From: Methanobacteriota archaeon | GTDB taxonomy: Archaea; Halobacteriota; Bog-38; Methanoflorentales; Methanoflorentaceae | Assembly (NCBI GenBank): GCA_963701995.1 | Contig: OY969693.1 | Coordinates: 1,025,512 to 1,089,511 of the forward strand | DNA length: 64,000 nucleotides | Direction: 5' to 3' | Part shown: positions 30,606 through 41,491 of the stretch, in pieces | How the letters are laid out: every line of letters begins with the position of its first letter | Position numbering within the stretch: position 1 is the first letter of the stretch | Translations under genes and position numbers: made by a program | Notes under the pieces: generated by a model | Seen by the model: only the letters and a program-made list of their open reading frames with translations | The model's database searches: none | Told to the model about the DNA's origin: nothing

Positions 30606-30837
30606 AGTAGCGCTGTACGAAACGATGCTCCGCATCGCGTTGGAACGTGCGGAGATTGTTGTAAACGAGAAATGTTCTACCGATTTTTTGACCATGGCGC
30701 GGTCGTACTATGAGGATGGAATCTACTTTCGGACAAGCGGCGATTTGGTGAATGCACTGGTGTGCTTTAGCTACGGCCACGGGTGGCTTGATGCTGGTGT
30801 GCGTGTAGGGGCGCTTAAGGCCCAACAAGGAGAGTAG
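30586..30837 (+). CDS. DUF357 protein
   Basis: MARSYYEDG.YF...GD.VNAL...SYGHGWLDAG; ATG at 30586. Confidence 0.85.
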   Translation: MSQIVAKVALYETMLRIALERAEIVVNEKCSTDFLTMARSYYEDGIYFRTSGDLVNALVCFSYGHGWLDAGVRVGALKAQQGE

Positions 30838-30926
30838 CCGTGGCTCTTCGGCTGAATTAGCGCTAGCATCTTTATTAAAACGCCTTTGTGCCAATATTAA
30901 TTAACTTTGTTGACTTACACTGGAGT

Positions 30927-31271
30927 ATGCCCAATTATTATGTCACGCTCGAGGCTGCGTGGTTGGTGAAGGACGTCAAGTCGGTAGATGATGCCATCGG
31001 CATAGCAATATCGGAGGCAGGCAAACGCTTAAACCCAAAACTGAGCAAGGTTGAAGTGGTGGTTGGGTCGATGTCGTGTCCTGCCTGTGGTGAAGTATTC
31101 GACGGCGTCTACTTGGTGGCTAATACCGCTCTTGTCGGGCTGATACTCGAGATAAAAGTCGTAAATGCCGAAAATGAGTCGCACGCCGCTAAGATCGCAA
31201 AGGCGGTAATTGGTAAAGCGTTAGCCGACGTGCCGCTGAAAGCAATTGACGTCGCCCTCAAAGAAGGTTAA
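30927..31271 (+). CDS. UPF0212/DUF555 protein
   Basis: [25 protein letters not shown] and CPACG motifs. Confidence 0.85.
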   Translation: MPNYYVTLEAAWLVKDVKSVDDAIGIAISEAGKRLNPKLSKVEVVVGSMSCPACGEVFDGVYLVANTALVGLILEIKVVNAENESHAAKIAKAVIGKALADVPLKAIDVALKEG

Positions 31272-31307
31272 TTGCCACTGTTTCTGTTACCTTAGTTGGG
31301 GTTCTGA

Positions 31308-31973
31308 ATGCGTTTGATTGCTCTGATTTCTGGCGGCAAGGATTCTGTCTGCGCGTTGAATTGCGCGTTGCGTGAACACGAAGTTGTGCAGTTGGTCAAC
31401 GTACAGGCCGTAGAAGACTCGTTCCTGTATCACGTGCCGTGTGCACATCTCACTCGCCTAATTTCGGAGGCCGTCGACATTCCGCTAGTGTCGGGCGTAT
31501 CTTTTTCGCACGAGGATGAATTGACATTGTTGAAAACCCTGCTGCAAGGCGCGGAAGCGGACGGCGTTGTAGCTGGCACGATAGCGTCCAACTACCAAAT
31601 GAGCCGACTCAAGAAACTATGCGCTGAGCTTGAATTGCAGTTGTATGCGCCCTTGTGGAACAAAGGCAGTGAACGCTTGTTACGGGCAATGGCGGGCTCA
31701 ATGGATATTATCGTTGTTCAGGTCGCTGCTTACGGAATGAATGAATCGTGGCTCGGCAGGAAACTCGATGAAGGGGCGGTCGATGATTTATCCATATTGC
31801 ATAGAAAACACGGGGTGCACATTATGGGCGAGGGCGGGGAGTACGAAACACTTGTTGTGGACGCTCCTATCTTTAAAAGGCGCATTAAAGTAATGAATTA
31901 TGAAAAGAAGTGGTTTAGTGAGCAGTGGAGAGGGTGCTTGGAGATTCACGAGTTCAAACTCGTAGACAAATGA
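31308..31973 (+). CDS. Diphthine--ammonia ligase (Dph6/MJ0570 family)
   Basis: SGGKDS, YQ..R, PLW and GEGGEYET motifs. Confidence 0.9.
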   Translation: MRLIALISGGKDSVCALNCALREHEVVQLVNVQAVEDSFLYHVPCAHLTRLISEAVDIPLVSGVSFSHEDELTLLKTLLQGAEADGVVAGTIASNYQMSRLKKLCAELELQLYAPLWNKGSERLLRAMAGSMDIIVVQVAAYGMNESWLGRKLDEGAVDDLSILHRKHGVHIMGEGGEYETLVVDAPIFKRRIKVMNYEKKWFSEQWRGCLEIHEFKLVDK

Positions 31974-31989
31974 GAACGTGGCGAACTAG

Positions 31990-33780
31990 ATGAAGTTGAG
32001 GATATTTGGCCCCAAGGAAAAAGTCGTAAAGGGCATGGAGGAGACGACTGCCGGCTTGATGAAGTATGTGTTTGCGGCTCCGCGGTGGAAGAACACCATT
32101 CCTGTCACGCTTGCTCTGTCGCTTGTGGTTGGCGCCGGTGTCTTCAATTTTGGATGGAGGGAAAATCTCCTCGCTGGCCTGATTCTTATCGGCGTACCAG
32201 CTGTGCTTGCCGCCGCCTTTACTCACCCATTAGCTCGGCTTCTGCAAGGCACTATGACGGTTAATCGCTCTGCTTTGTTAGCATTTGTAGGGGCCGTGAT
32301 AATCAGTGTCTTTTGCGTTCTCGGTGCACTGATTTCATTTGCAATCGGATGGCAACTGACAATCTCAGCCTACGTCATGTCCTTGGGCGCTGTCTTTGCG
32401 TTCAGAATTCTGGTGCTGATGGCCATAACGACGAAAAGCTTAGGTCGAAATGTAGTCCCTGCTTCGCTTCAAACGGTATTCGGAGCGTTTTTTTTGCCGC
32501 TGTTCGGAGCGACCGGCTACGTCGTGAACTTAGTAGCAATTAGTGCAGTATTCACGCTTGGCGCTTTGGTCTTCATAAGGTACATCGATGCGCCGCTGAG
32601 AAAATCTTTTGGCGTAAGCGGCATGGATTTCATTCGTAGTTACATTGCACAGACAGTAGAAGGCTCCCCTGGCATGGAGGACTTCTTCAAAAAGATAGGC
32701 GAAGCCGTTGAAGTCCCCGTCACCACACTGTCGTTCAGGTCGAACGAGCGCTTGAAAGCGACGTTTGTCGTACCAGCTGTTCATCCTGGTCCCGTCGGCG
32801 AGATTGGAGGCGGGAACCTTCCGGTAAGAATTGTAAAGAACCTCGACGGTGGAGAGATTTTTGTGCCTCACGGGACGGCAACGCACGATTTCAACTTGGT
32901 TTCGGCGACAGAATCACTGAAAATAGTTGAAGCTGCGGCACGCGCAGTGGAAAACACCCAATACAGTGCGGACGCGTCAAAATCGATTCGAGTGCAGAGG
33001 GGGGCCATCAAGCTTCTTGCACAGAGATTTGGCAACTCAGTCTTGTTTGTCTCGACTTTGTCGCCGGAGTCAACAGAGGACATCGAGTATGGGCTTGGTC
33101 TCGTCGCAAACGCTGAAGCGAGAACACGAGGCGTGCAGCATTCTGCGCTCATCGATGCACATAACTGCACGGCTCCTTACGCGTCATCCATGTGGGCGGG
33201 CACGAAGAACTCGTTCGACCTGATTGATGCGATCAGGGAAGCATCCTCGAGACTGATGCAATCAGAACCGCTAAAAAGTGGTATCAAGCTCGGAATAGCA
33301 AGGCGGGGGCCTATTTTTGGGCGAGATGAAGGTATGGGTGATCTCGGTATTCAGGTGGCATTGGTTGAAGTTGCTGGACAGCGCACCGCTTACGTGCTCG
33401 TTGATGCGAACAACATGGTGCCTAACTTGCGCGAAATCATCGTCAGCGCCCTGAAAGTCGATGAGGCAGAAGTCATGACCACTGACAACCACGTCGTGAA
33501 CTCCTACAGTGGCGTCAATCTCTTGGGTTTCAAAGCCGACAACGGCATCCTCTTGAAGGCGATTATCGAACTGGTTGATGAGGCACAGGCCAATCTTGAA
33601 CCGGTGCGTGTCGGGATGAACACCCAGCAGGCTAGCGGGGTATCGGTCTTTGGCTCGCAAAAGACGGCGCAGCTTGCAAGTACAGTAAATGCTATTATGG
33701 CGATGGGGGGCGCTCTGGGAATATCCGTGATAATAGCAGCTTTTGCTATTTCTTTGCTGCTTGTACTTTTCAACAGATAA
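31990..33780 (+). CDS. DUF2070 membrane protein (putative metal hydrolase domain)
   Basis: N-terminal TMs; HPGP..EIGGG, H..HD.N, DAHN, DANN and TTDNH motifs. Confidence 0.8.
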   Translation: MKLRIFGPKEKVVKGMEETTAGLMKYVFAAPRWKNTIPVTLALSLVVGAGVFNFGWRENLLAGLILIGVPAVLAAAFTHPLARLLQGTMTVNRSALLAFVGAVIISVFCVLGALISFAIGWQLTISAYVMSLGAVFAFRILVLMAITTKSLGRNVVPASLQTVFGAFFLPLFGATGYVVNLVAISAVFTLGALVFIRYIDAPLRKSFGVSGMDFIRSYIAQTVEGSPGMEDFFKKIGEAVEVPVTTLSFRSNERLKATFVVPAVHPGPVGEIGGGNLPVRIVKNLDGGEIFVPHGTATHDFNLVSATESLKIVEAAARAVENTQYSADASKSIRVQRGAIKLLAQRFGNSVLFVSTLSPESTEDIEYGLGLVANAEARTRGVQHSALIDAHNCTAPYASSMWAGTKNSFDLIDAIREASSRLMQSEPLKSGIKLGIARRGPIFGRDEGMGDLGIQVALVEVAGQRTAYVLVDANNMVPNLREIIVSALKVDEAEVMTTDNHVVNSYSGVNLLGFKADNGILLKAIIELVDEAQANLEPVRVGMNTQQASGVSVFGSQKTAQLASTVNAIMAMGGALGISVIIAAFAISLLLVLFNR

Positions 33781-33826
33781 CGGCCACAGCGTGCTTCCCT
33801 TGAGTCGAAAAGCCGCTGGAGATCGG

Positions 33827-35518
33827 CTACTTGTGCGTGAAATAGCAAATGATTCTCGTCTGGCCGTGCTCTTCGAGCACCTGATCCACTCTGACAAAAC
33901 CGTAGCGTTCAAATTGTACTACTCGATTCAGCTCAGCAGCTATGCCAGGTTCGCCTATCCCGATATCGACTCCGCTAGGCGTGACGACCTCGACTTGAGG
34001 CCCGTTTGGTGGAGCCCAGTGAATTATTCTTGTGCCTTTGATGATTTCGTCGCCAGCGTATTCTGCCTCTAGCGGCTCTTTTTTTACAATTCGAACGTTG
34101 TAAAGATCTTTCAGCCGCACCAGATCGCTGCCGGATAAGGTGAGATCTTGTGCACTGACACACACGCAGCCTTCGACTGGGATCTCTCTAAAAGAGGTGG
34201 AAGATGATGGATGAAGTGGCGCGCGCGCTGTTGTGGGCTTGGCGTTCATTATGCTCATTGTAATCGGGTCCGACACGAAGAAGTATCTGTGAGCAACCGG
34301 ATCCACAAGTTTCCTGTTCTCGGCATGGAGGTTTTCCAAGCTAACGCTTATGTCCGACTCGTTAATGCCCAATTTCAGGAAAAACAGCCTGACGGCTTCT
34401 GGCGCAAAACCTCTGCGTCTCAAAGCCATTAAAGTGGGGAGTCTAGGGTCATCCCAGCCACTATAGAGCCCTTTGTCAATCTCACTCCTCAGCTTACTTG
34501 TTGAGAACTTGCCGAATTCGTGGATGCTGATCCTCCCCCAATGTAGGGTGAACGGATACGTCCAGCCCATATGATTGTAGAGGAACTCCTGCCTCCTTTC
34601 GCTGTCTCTCAAGTCCTTTCCACGAATTATGTGTGTAACTCTGAGCTCGTGGTCTTCGATCGCTGATTCGAAATCAAGCATCGGCCACACTCGAAATGCT
34701 AGTCCCCTGGGGTGTGCGGTGTCGACAATTCGAAAACCAATCCAATCTCGCAAAGCTGGGTTTTTATGCTGTACGTCGGTTTTGATCCGCAAGACAGCTT
34801 CTTTTTCGGCTAGTCGCCCGTCCAGCATCTGTTCCCAAAGGCGCATATTCTTTTCTGCGGCGTTCTCGCGGTCAGGACACGCCAATCTTGCGTCTTTGAG
34901 TTTTTTGAATTGCAGCTGGGTACAGGTGCAGACGTAAGCAGCCCCCTGCGCAATGAGTTTTTCAGCATAGTGATAGTATGTTTCCATTCGGTCCGAAGCG
35001 TTGACCACGACGTCTGGGGTTGCTTCAAGCCATTTGCAGTCCTCAAGGTACCAATCGTAGGCCTCAAGCAGTGGTGGCTTCGTTTGCGGGTCGGTATCGT
35101 CAAAACGAAGAATGAAAGAACCACCGTACCTTTTGGCGTATTCAGAATTCACAACAATTCCGCGAGCACTGCCAAGCGTAGCCGGCCCGTTAGGGTTAGG
35201 TGCGAATCGCATGGCTACGCGTTCATGGTGAGGCAACTCCGGAAGGTACATCTTTTTGTGTTGCGCCTTTACTGCTTTGCGTTGGAGGTTCGGGGCTATC
35301 TGTTGGAGTAGCTGCCTCTGCTCGTCAAGCGTCATTGCGTTGACGTCGGCGACGATGCTCTCTGCCAAGCCAGATATCTCTCTTGCTTGTTGTTTAAGTT
35401 CCGGATGCTCGCCTATGAGCTTTGAGACAACAGCGCTAGGATCTGCTTTACCTTTGTGTAGAATAGCGTTGTGCAGAGCGCGCTTCTTAATTGCAGTGCT
35501 TAAAACTTGAGGTTCCAC
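33827..35518 (-). CDS. gltX: Glutamyl-tRNA synthetase
   Basis: RFAPNPNGP.TLGS, RFDDTDP, IIRGKD, STS and QFER.GF motifs; GTG start at 35518. Confidence 0.96.
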   Translation of the reverse strand: MEPQVLSTAIKKRALHNAILHKGKADPSAVVSKLIGEHPELKQQAREISGLAESIVADVNAMTLDEQRQLLQQIAPNLQRKAVKAQHKKMYLPELPHHERVAMRFAPNPNGPATLGSARGIVVNSEYAKRYGGSFILRFDDTDPQTKPPLLEAYDWYLEDCKWLEATPDVVVNASDRMETYYHYAEKLIAQGAAYVCTCTQLQFKKLKDARLACPDRENAAEKNMRLWEQMLDGRLAEKEAVLRIKTDVQHKNPALRDWIGFRIVDTAHPRGLAFRVWPMLDFESAIEDHELRVTHIIRGKDLRDSERRQEFLYNHMGWTYPFTLHWGRISIHEFGKFSTSKLRSEIDKGLYSGWDDPRLPTLMALRRRGFAPEAVRLFFLKLGINESDISVSLENLHAENRKLVDPVAHRYFFVSDPITMSIMNAKPTTARAPLHPSSSTSFREIPVEGCVCVSAQDLTLSGSDLVRLKDLYNVRIVKKEPLEAEYAGDEIIKGTRIIHWAPPNGPQVEVVTPSGVDIGIGEPGIAAELNRVVQFERYGFVRVDQVLEEHGQTRIICYFTHK

Positions 35519-35541
35519 ATCACCGCCCCGATAACCTGCCT

Positions 35542-36501
35542 TCAATACGCTCTCGAAATCATGTAGTCGGCAAGTTTGAGCAGCTTGGATTTTGCCTCTG
35601 AATCGGCTAGCTTGGCGAGTCGCGACTTGCCGACTCGGAGAATCTCAGCTGCCTTTTCCATCGCGTAATCGATTGATCCTGCATCCTGTAACTCTTTAAT
35701 TGCCATGTCGATTGCTTTTTCGCTCGTGAGTTGCGACGGGTCAAGCCTGATGCCGTGCTTGAGTCCGTGGATCATAACTAGCGTCATCTTGCCTTCTATT
35801 AGGTCACTGGCCTTATCTTTTCCAAGCACTTCACGCGCCGTAATCAAGTCGAGCACATCATCGCGGATCTGGAAGCCTATACCCATGGCTATTCCAAACT
35901 CCCACAGGGCGCTCACTTCGCTGTCGGTGCCGCCGCCAAGTATCCCCCCCATCGCCAAACCAGCTGCGTAGAGCACAGCTGTCTTTTTTTGGACCATGTC
36001 GAGATAGTCGGCCTCCGAAATATTTTTGTTATTTTCGAACGTTATATCCAGCCACTGTCCTTCGCAGATGTGTAGGCACGCTTTCGAGAGAAGCCTAAGA
36101 CATTTTGTTGCATTTTCTGGTTCTGTTTTAGTGTAAGAAAGGACCTCGAAGGCTTTAGCATAAAGCGCATCGCCTGCTAAGACGGCTTCTGACATACCCC
36201 ATTTTGTGTGCACGGTCTCTATGGAACGTCTTGTCGCGTCTTCGTCCATAATATCGTCGTGAATCAGCGTGAAATTGTGGATGAGCTCTACTGAAACGGC
36301 TGCTGGCAGTATCGTCTCAACAGCGATATTGGGTTGCACCGCTTCAGCGCCCAACAGCAGAACCACCGGCCGCAGCCTCTTCCCGCCAGCTTCAATAAGA
36401 TGTCGAGCGGCTCTGTACAGCTCCTCGGGGAAAACTACAGGGACACACTCGTTGAGCGCACCATCGATTATTGCCTTTCTTTTAAGCAAGTCGTCGTCCA
36501 A
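35542..36501 (-). CDS. idsA: Geranylgeranyl diphosphate synthase
   Basis: GGKRLRP, HDDIMD and FQIRDD motifs. Confidence 0.92.
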   Translation of the reverse strand: MDDDLLKRKAIIDGALNECVPVVFPEELYRAARHLIEAGGKRLRPVVLLLGAEAVQPNIAVETILPAAVSVELIHNFTLIHDDIMDEDATRRSIETVHTKWGMSEAVLAGDALYAKAFEVLSYTKTEPENATKCLRLLSKACLHICEGQWLDITFENNKNISEADYLDMVQKKTAVLYAAGLAMGGILGGGTDSEVSALWEFGIAMGIGFQIRDDVLDLITAREVLGKDKASDLIEGKMTLVMIHGLKHGIRLDPSQLTSEKAIDMAIKELQDAGSIDYAMEKAAEILRVGKSRLAKLADSEAKSKLLKLADYMISRAY

Positions 36502-36577
36502 GTTGCTTACTCTTGACCCCTCCTGGAAAGTGCTGCTCTTTGAGGCAATGCAGCTCTGGCGGGGTTTTTCTCCGCCT

Positions 36578-37918
36578 TCAAGGTCTCACCGCAATGTTCT
36601 GGCCATTTCTTAGTAGGTGAATATTATCCCTTAGGCTGTACCCTGCTTCTTCTGCAAGTTCTACGTAGGAGCTTGTCATCGTTAGATCTCCGTGCGTGGG
36701 AAAAATATGGTCCGGCTTGAGCATCTTGATCAGTTCCCAGTGGTCTTCGCGGGCGGCGTGGCCCGACACGTGAACATCAGTATAAAGCCTTGCCCCTCGC
36801 ATTTTGAGCTTGGTTTCTACTGAATATCGATTCGCGGCGTTTATTGGGGTTGGTATCACTTCGGCAGAAAACACTATTTTGTCGCCGGGCGCGACTTCGT
36901 AAGGGGTTAGCCCTTTTGCGACCCGCGTGAGCATCGCTTCTGGTTCTCCTTGATGTCCCGTGATAATTGGAAGATATTTTTCTTTCCCTTCCTGCGCTAC
37001 TCTCCTTAATACCTTTTCTACAGATCTTCTGTTCCCGTAGACTCCAATGTCATTAGGAAGCTCGACGTATCCCATCTTTTCTGCAGTTCCTAGGTATCGT
37101 TCCATAGAGCGACCTAGGACCAGTGGGCGGCGGTCCATCTCGCGAGCTGCTTCGAAGATCGTCTTTACGCGGGCTATATGTGACGAAAACGTAGTTACGA
37201 GCACTCCACTGCCTTCTTCTTCAGTACCGAGAAGAACGTCACGCACCAAGTCTTTCGCGATCTGTTCTGACGGGGTCTTTCCTGCCTCCTTTACGCGAGT
37301 ACTTTCGACGATCAACGCGAGCACTCCGTCTTTTCCTAAACTCTTTAAGCGATTAAAGTCGGGGGGTTTGCCAATAACAGGCGTTCGATCAAGCTTGAAA
37401 TCGTTCGCATAGACCAGGGCACCGGCCGGCGTATGCAGAACGGCGAATATTGGATCGGGGATACTGTGCGTTGCTCGCACGAATTCAACCGCTATATCGG
37501 GAGTTATTTGATAAACCTGTCCTGCTTCGAGCGTGTAAAGGGGATTCTCGACGCCGAACTTCTTCTCAACGCGGATCTGTTGTGCGATGAGCTCCGCCGT
37601 AAACGGCGTGGATATTATCGGAGCTTCATACCTGTGCGCAAGCTTGGGGACGGCGCCTATGTGATCGAGATGTCCGTGCGTGCAGACTATCGCCTTCACT
37701 GATCTCTTTGCTTGACTCAGCATCGCGTCATTTGGTATCGCGCCCATCTTAATAAGGTCCATAGAATGCATCTTCTCGATTTCTGCATCCTCATGAATTG
37801 CAATTCGATCAAGTCTAAGGCCCATATCTATGATGACTATGTCTTCGTTCACCCGAATCGCAGTCATGTTGCGCCCGACTTCTTCGTAGCCGCCAATTGC
37901 GTTAACTTCTATCTCCAC
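36578..37918 (-). CDS. rnj: Archaeal RNase J
   Basis: GGYEEVGRNMT, HGHLDH and HVSGH motifs. Confidence 0.95.
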   Translation of the reverse strand: MEIEVNAIGGYEEVGRNMTAIRVNEDIVIIDMGLRLDRIAIHEDAEIEKMHSMDLIKMGAIPNDAMLSQAKRSVKAIVCTHGHLDHIGAVPKLAHRYEAPIISTPFTAELIAQQIRVEKKFGVENPLYTLEAGQVYQITPDIAVEFVRATHSIPDPIFAVLHTPAGALVYANDFKLDRTPVIGKPPDFNRLKSLGKDGVLALIVESTRVKEAGKTPSEQIAKDLVRDVLLGTEEEGSGVLVTTFSSHIARVKTIFEAAREMDRRPLVLGRSMERYLGTAEKMGYVELPNDIGVYGNRRSVEKVLRRVAQEGKEKYLPIITGHQGEPEAMLTRVAKGLTPYEVAPGDKIVFSAEVIPTPINAANRYSVETKLKMRGARLYTDVHVSGHAAREDHWELIKMLKPDHIFPTHGDLTMTSSYVELAEEAGYSLRDNIHLLRNGQNIAVRP

Positions 37919-37922
37919 AGCG

Positions 37923-38987
37923 CTACCTCCTCACCTGAAGCTCGGCTAGGTTGAATCCCCGTTGTTGTAGTATCTGCCTGGTTTCGCCAGTAATGACCAG
38001 CGGGCATTGCTTTAGATCAGGGAGTGTCTTACATCCAGTTAGGAACATTGCAACTTTCAATTCTTCAACGACCGCCATTATCTCACTTAGTACATATTTG
38101 GTCCCTTTGAATGCGGGTTTTAGCAGTGGCAAGCCTATCCCGCACAACGACGCACCGAGTGCAATGCACTTAGCCACGTGGAGGCCGTTCCTGATCCCGC
38201 CAGTTCCGATTACGGGTAAGGTGAGGGATTCCAAAATGGAGATTGCGGTCGGTATGCCCCAGCCGGCATAGAGCGCCCCCAACCTCTCTAGCAGGGGGTC
38301 TGTCTGAGCACGGTACGACTCAACTCTTGCCCAGCTCGTGCCCCCAGCGCCGCCCACATCAATTGCAGAAGCGCCTGCCTTTTTTAACTCAGCTGCGACT
38401 TCTCTCGAAATCCCCGCACCCGTCTCTTTGGCGATCATTGGCACCCGAAGAGAACCGGCAAGTGATTTCATCGCGTCGAGGCATCCTTCAGCGTCTGTAT
38501 TACCCTCTGGTTGCACCGCCTCTTGCAGGAAATTCAGATGAATTGCCAATGCATCTGCGTCAACCATATCGATCAAGCGGTCAATGATCTCTATATCATA
38601 TTCCTTGACTTGCGTGGCCCCAATGTTGGCTACTACAAAAGCGCTAGGGGCCCGCTCTCGAACTATGCTGAACGACTCGACCTGGTCAGGATGTTCAATT
38701 GCTGCGCGTTGACTTCCCACACCAATGCCGATGCCGAGTCGCTCTGCGGCCTCTGACAGCGCAGCGTTGATAGCAGTTGTCTCTTCGTGTCCGCCTGTCA
38801 TTCCTGCTATAAAGACGGGAGCTGTGAACCGCCTTTTTAGGAATGTAGCAGTCGCATCGATCCGTGACTTTGTCAATTCAGGAACTGCGTTGTGGACGAA
38901 TCTGATATCATCGAGGCCTGTTCTTCCTGATTCGACATCTTCAGCAGCACAGAGCATTAGATGCTCGATCTTTCGGTTCGTTGTCAT
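37923..38987 (-). CDS. fni: Type 2 isopentenyl-diphosphate isomerase
   Basis: RK.EH, MTGG, GSQRAA, QE..QPEG, KETG and GGTSW motifs. Confidence 0.96.
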   Translation of the reverse strand: MTTNRKIEHLMLCAAEDVESGRTGLDDIRFVHNAVPELTKSRIDATATFLKRRFTAPVFIAGMTGGHEETTAINAALSEAAERLGIGIGVGSQRAAIEHPDQVESFSIVRERAPSAFVVANIGATQVKEYDIEIIDRLIDMVDADALAIHLNFLQEAVQPEGNTDAEGCLDAMKSLAGSLRVPMIAKETGAGISREVAAELKKAGASAIDVGGAGGTSWARVESYRAQTDPLLERLGALYAGWGIPTAISILESLTLPVIGTGGIRNGLHVAKCIALGASLCGIGLPLLKPAFKGTKYVLSEIMAVVEELKVAMFLTGCKTLPDLKQCPLVITGETRQILQQRGFNLAELQVRR

Positions 38988-39748
38988 TCTTTTTCCGCGG
39001 AGATGATCGTACCCACATCTTGGTGCGACGTTAAGAACTTAGTGATGTTGCCGTCGTAAGTTGCGTTGAATATCTGAGACTGAATGCCTGACTTAGCAAT
39101 CTCCAGAAGCTCCACAACTTTGCGCAACATCCCCCCAGTTACGTCCGTAGACCTGGAACCGAGAATTCCATCGCGGTATTTTTCAAACTCACGGGGGCTA
39201 AGATGGTTCAGTTTTCTGTCTCCATACATGATTCCATCGACGTCTGTGCCGACTCCTATTTTGTTTGGGCGCATCTTTTGTGCGAGAAACGCTACCATTT
39301 GATCACCTGACAGGATGTTGAAGCCATCTAAGCGATCCATTACGACATCGCCGTGAAGCACCGGGATGATATTGTTTTTAAGCATCAGCTCTAACGCATT
39401 TGTATCAAAATGCGTGATCCGACCGGCGTCGAGCGTAACGTTATTAAGTGGGTGGATCGGCAATGCTGCCGCGCTTTGAGACTGGAGTTCGTCTATGAAC
39501 GCGGTGTTCAACGAGCGCACGGCGCAATGGGTCTTCCACATTCCGCTTGCGCTAAGACCTTTTGATAAGTACTTGACAACTTGTGGGTGCCCAAAGGAGC
39601 CCGCTCCGTGAACAAGAATGAGAGGTGAACTCTTTGCGTCGGCGATTTGTCGAGCGACCATACGCAAGTTATCTTCTCGCAGGGTGCTCTCTCGCCCTTT
39701 GTCAGTCAATACTGAGCCGCCGATCTTAAGCAATATCACGTTGGTCAC
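38984..39748 (-). CDS. Isopentenyl phosphate kinase
   Basis: KIGGSVLTDK, HGAGSFGH, SGD and DVTGGM motifs. Confidence 0.92.
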   Translation of the reverse strand: MTNVILLKIGGSVLTDKGRESTLREDNLRMVARQIADAKSSPLILVHGAGSFGHPQVVKYLSKGLSASGMWKTHCAVRSLNTAFIDELQSQSAAALPIHPLNNVTLDAGRITHFDTNALELMLKNNIIPVLHGDVVMDRLDGFNILSGDQMVAFLAQKMRPNKIGVGTDVDGIMYGDRKLNHLSPREFEKYRDGILGSRSTDVTGGMLRKVVELLEIAKSGIQSQIFNATYDGNITKFLTSHQDVGTIISAEKE

Positions 39749-39752
39749 GCTG

Positions 39753-40676
39753 TTATGCCTCTACGTGCAGGCCTAAACTAGAAATCGCCGTGGTCAGCGC
39801 TAGCGCACCTTGTTTTGCGATAGCTTGTGTAACGTGGTCGACTTTTCCGTCTGTTGCAATCGCCAATATGCATCCTCCACGGCCAGCGCCAGTGATTTTG
39901 GCACCGAGGGCGCCTGCGGTTCTCGCTGCGTAGATTAATCTGCTGAGTGTAACGTCGCTTACCCCGAGCGACTCGAGGAGCCCCTGGTTGATATTCATAA
40001 GCTCGCCTACGCTGACCAGGTCCCCATCAGCCAGCTTCTGTTCTCCCAAGCGCGTGATATCTCCCATCGTAGACATCACGTCACTCACTACGGTAGGGTA
40101 CTTCTTTTTCAAGTCAGATACAAAGGCGATGACGTCGCGAGTTGCCCTCTCAACGCCAGTCGCGCCGATTATGATCGGCATGTCGAGCTGCGCGAGATGA
40201 GATGTTTTGGCCTCTTCTACTAAGACCACACCGCCGGTTGAAGAAACAAAGGTATCTGCGGGGCTCGCTTTACCCTGCACTTCGTTTTCGACCTTATGGC
40301 CTATCTTCGCTACCGTTTCATTATCGAGTTCAATGCCGAGACTCTCAGTTAGAGCTTTTATGGTTGACACTGTAACTGCGGCGGAAGAGCCTAGCCCCTG
40401 TCGCGGGGGCAATTCCGACCGTATCGTTATCTCAGCGCCAAAGTCTGTTTCAAACAGTTGTTTGATTATTTGAGCGGCACAACAGGCGTACCTAAACTCT
40501 TCACTGGAACAGTTCGCGCGCTTGTCCATGGCGTCTATCGTGATTTTGCCCGAAGATGCGACCTCCACTGACACACAAGCACGCAAGTTTATCGCGCACG
40601 CTATCGCCGGCTCTCCGTAGACAACAGCATGCTCTCCGAACAGATAGATCTTGCCGGGGGCCGAACAGGTTATCAT
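39753..40676 (-). CDS. mvk: Mevalonate kinase
   Basis: PGKIYLFGEHAVVYG, GLGSSAA and GAKITGAGRGG motifs. Confidence 0.95.
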   Translation of the reverse strand: MITCSAPGKIYLFGEHAVVYGEPAIACAINLRACVSVEVASSGKITIDAMDKRANCSSEEFRYACCAAQIIKQLFETDFGAEITIRSELPPRQGLGSSAAVTVSTIKALTESLGIELDNETVAKIGHKVENEVQGKASPADTFVSSTGGVVLVEEAKTSHLAQLDMPIIIGATGVERATRDVIAFVSDLKKKYPTVVSDVMSTMGDITRLGEQKLADGDLVSVGELMNINQGLLESLGVSDVTLSRLIYAARTAGALGAKITGAGRGGCILAIATDGKVDHVTQAIAKQGALALTTAISSLGLHVEA

Positions 40677-40722
40677 CTATGTAGGTTCTCGTTGCAAACT
40701 CTTTTCAAGCTCGTTTTCAGAA

Positions 40723-41481
40723 TCATGCCATAATTATCCCTGCATAGCCGACCACCGCAGTTGAATCGCCACAGGTGTCTGCACTCGTAGAATAATCGAT
40801 AAGCTCTCCTCGTTTGGCGCCTTGATATTTCGCGAATTCGATGGCAACCGCTATTGGGGCAAAGCCGCACACGGAAGTCGAGCGAGCTCGCGCAAGAAAT
40901 TCTAGCGACTCCAGTTTTAGAATGGGCTCTATTACCCACTGATCGGTTGTTCTCGCGGCGTGCTCTGGCGCGTAATGTGTAAAATCGCTGGAGGCAATAA
41001 GCACGCTGTTTTCGTCGGCAACTTTTTGGATTGCCCCGAAAACGCGCTGTATCGATTCAGGCCCTTGAAGTCCCATAGTAATAGGGACGATTTCGAAGTC
41101 GTCGAATAGGAACTGTAGGAAGGGCAGCTGAAGTTCTATGGAATTGTCCTCTTTGTTGGCGTCATTGTTCACGTCGATATCGAGTGCATCCACAATATCC
41201 GTGTTCACGCTCACAGTCCCGAGGGGCGTCAACCACGGTTCGTTCGAGACCGAAATGACGGGATAGTGGTGATTTGGCCCAATGATTATGTAGGTGGCCG
41301 CCTTGGGAAGTATCGAAAAAACCTTTCCTGCCGTCAAACCTGAACAAGCGTAGCCCGCGTGAGGAACCACCACACTCGTGAGCTGACGCGGTTCTGGCCT
41401 CCCAACAAAGCTCCGCAAAAGCTCTTCCAGCGCCCGCGGGTCACTTGGGTACCACGACCCGGCTTTTGCAGGTTTCCTCAT
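40723..41481 (-). CDS. MEMO1 family protein (AmmeMemoRadiSam B-like)
   Basis: R.PA.AGSWYP, PHAGY..SG, ASSDFTHY and VVGYA motifs. Confidence 0.9.
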   Translation of the reverse strand: MRKPAKAGSWYPSDPRALEELLRSFVGRPEPRQLTSVVVPHAGYACSGLTAGKVFSILPKAATYIIIGPNHHYPVISVSNEPWLTPLGTVSVNTDIVDALDIDVNNDANKEDNSIELQLPFLQFLFDDFEIVPITMGLQGPESIQRVFGAIQKVADENSVLIASSDFTHYAPEHAARTTDQWVIEPILKLESLEFLARARSTSVCGFAPIAVAIEFAKYQGAKRGELIDYSTSADTCGDSTAVVGYAGIIMA

Positions 41482-41491
41482 AGCTACCCTC

